From Selaginella moellendorffii (lineage: Eukaryota; Plantae; Lycopodiophyta), in NCBI RefSeq assembly GCF_000143415.4, contig NW_003314298.1, forward strand, positions 124,001 through 188,000: a stretch of 64,000 bases of DNA, read 5' to 3'. Positions 63,740 through 64,000 of this stretch are shown here, in pieces. The number at the start of each line of letters is the position of its first letter. Within the stretch, counting starts at the first letter, position 1. A program made the position numbers and the translations under genes. Below the pieces are notes generated by a model. The model was not told the DNA's origin, made no database searches, and was given only the letters and a program-made list of their open reading frames with translations.

Positions 63740-64000
63740 GGCATATGGTACAACTCCTCCTACTCTTGGTGCCAATCCTCGCGTTCAGCCGGAGTTCTTT
63801 CACGGGAGTCTTGGGGATGATGTGTACCATTGGTTTGATCACTTCACAGTGATTGCCACATATCATTCTTGGGATGATGCTTGATATTTGGGTGAGTTTC
63901 CAATGTGTCTCCAAGGGATGGTATTGCAGTGGTACAATGGTTTAAGTGCAACCACTCATAGAGATTGGAGTTGTTCTTTTGAACGTCTTCAAATGCGCAT
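63740..64000 (+). mobile_element. Gypsy-type gag N-terminal remnant, running off the window
   Basis: RVQPEFFHGSLGDDVYHWFDHF..HSWDD..LQGMVLQWYNGL..DW; one in-frame stop. Confidence 0.7.

Overview
Eukaryotic land-plant nuclear DNA. The ~50-70 nt introns, very short intergenic gaps and SS-type PPR arrays suggest a compact lycophyte genome such as Selaginella; this is inferred, not proven. Four zones. (1) 1-9.5 kb: two intact genes (pectate lyase; a bacterial-looking SDR) among decayed pieces (copia RT/RNase H, CDC20 and SDR remnants, two possible Crinkler-like fragments). (2) 9.8-34.8 kb: a very dense block of intact genes (DeSI/PPPDE, OFP17-like, ABCC, SIN3-like, nicastrin, yippee, plastid-type CK2 alpha, two PLS PPRs, oleosin, BTB/POZ), several only 60-260 bp apart. 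(3) 34.8-52 kb: deletion-riddled pseudogenes (PPR, SAC3-like, ARF, molybdate transporter, F-box) and gypsy remnants. (4) 52-64 kb: nested transposon debris. Three copies of a ~1.6 kb LTR family with internal tandem arrays lie in zones 3-4, one followed by a tRNA-Met-like PBS. Zone 4 also holds a copia fragment ending in a 75-bp fold-back, a candidate Mutator-like element with a SWIM remnant between long inverted arms, and an interlocked A-B-A'-B' inverted repeat. No RNA genes or CRISPR arrays were found. I cannot establish a new biological system; the best leads are the possible nicastrin-yippee joint transcript, the Crinkler-like remnants, the possibly horizontally acquired SDR and the unusual repeat structures. 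All family assignments are motif recognition by eye, without database searches.
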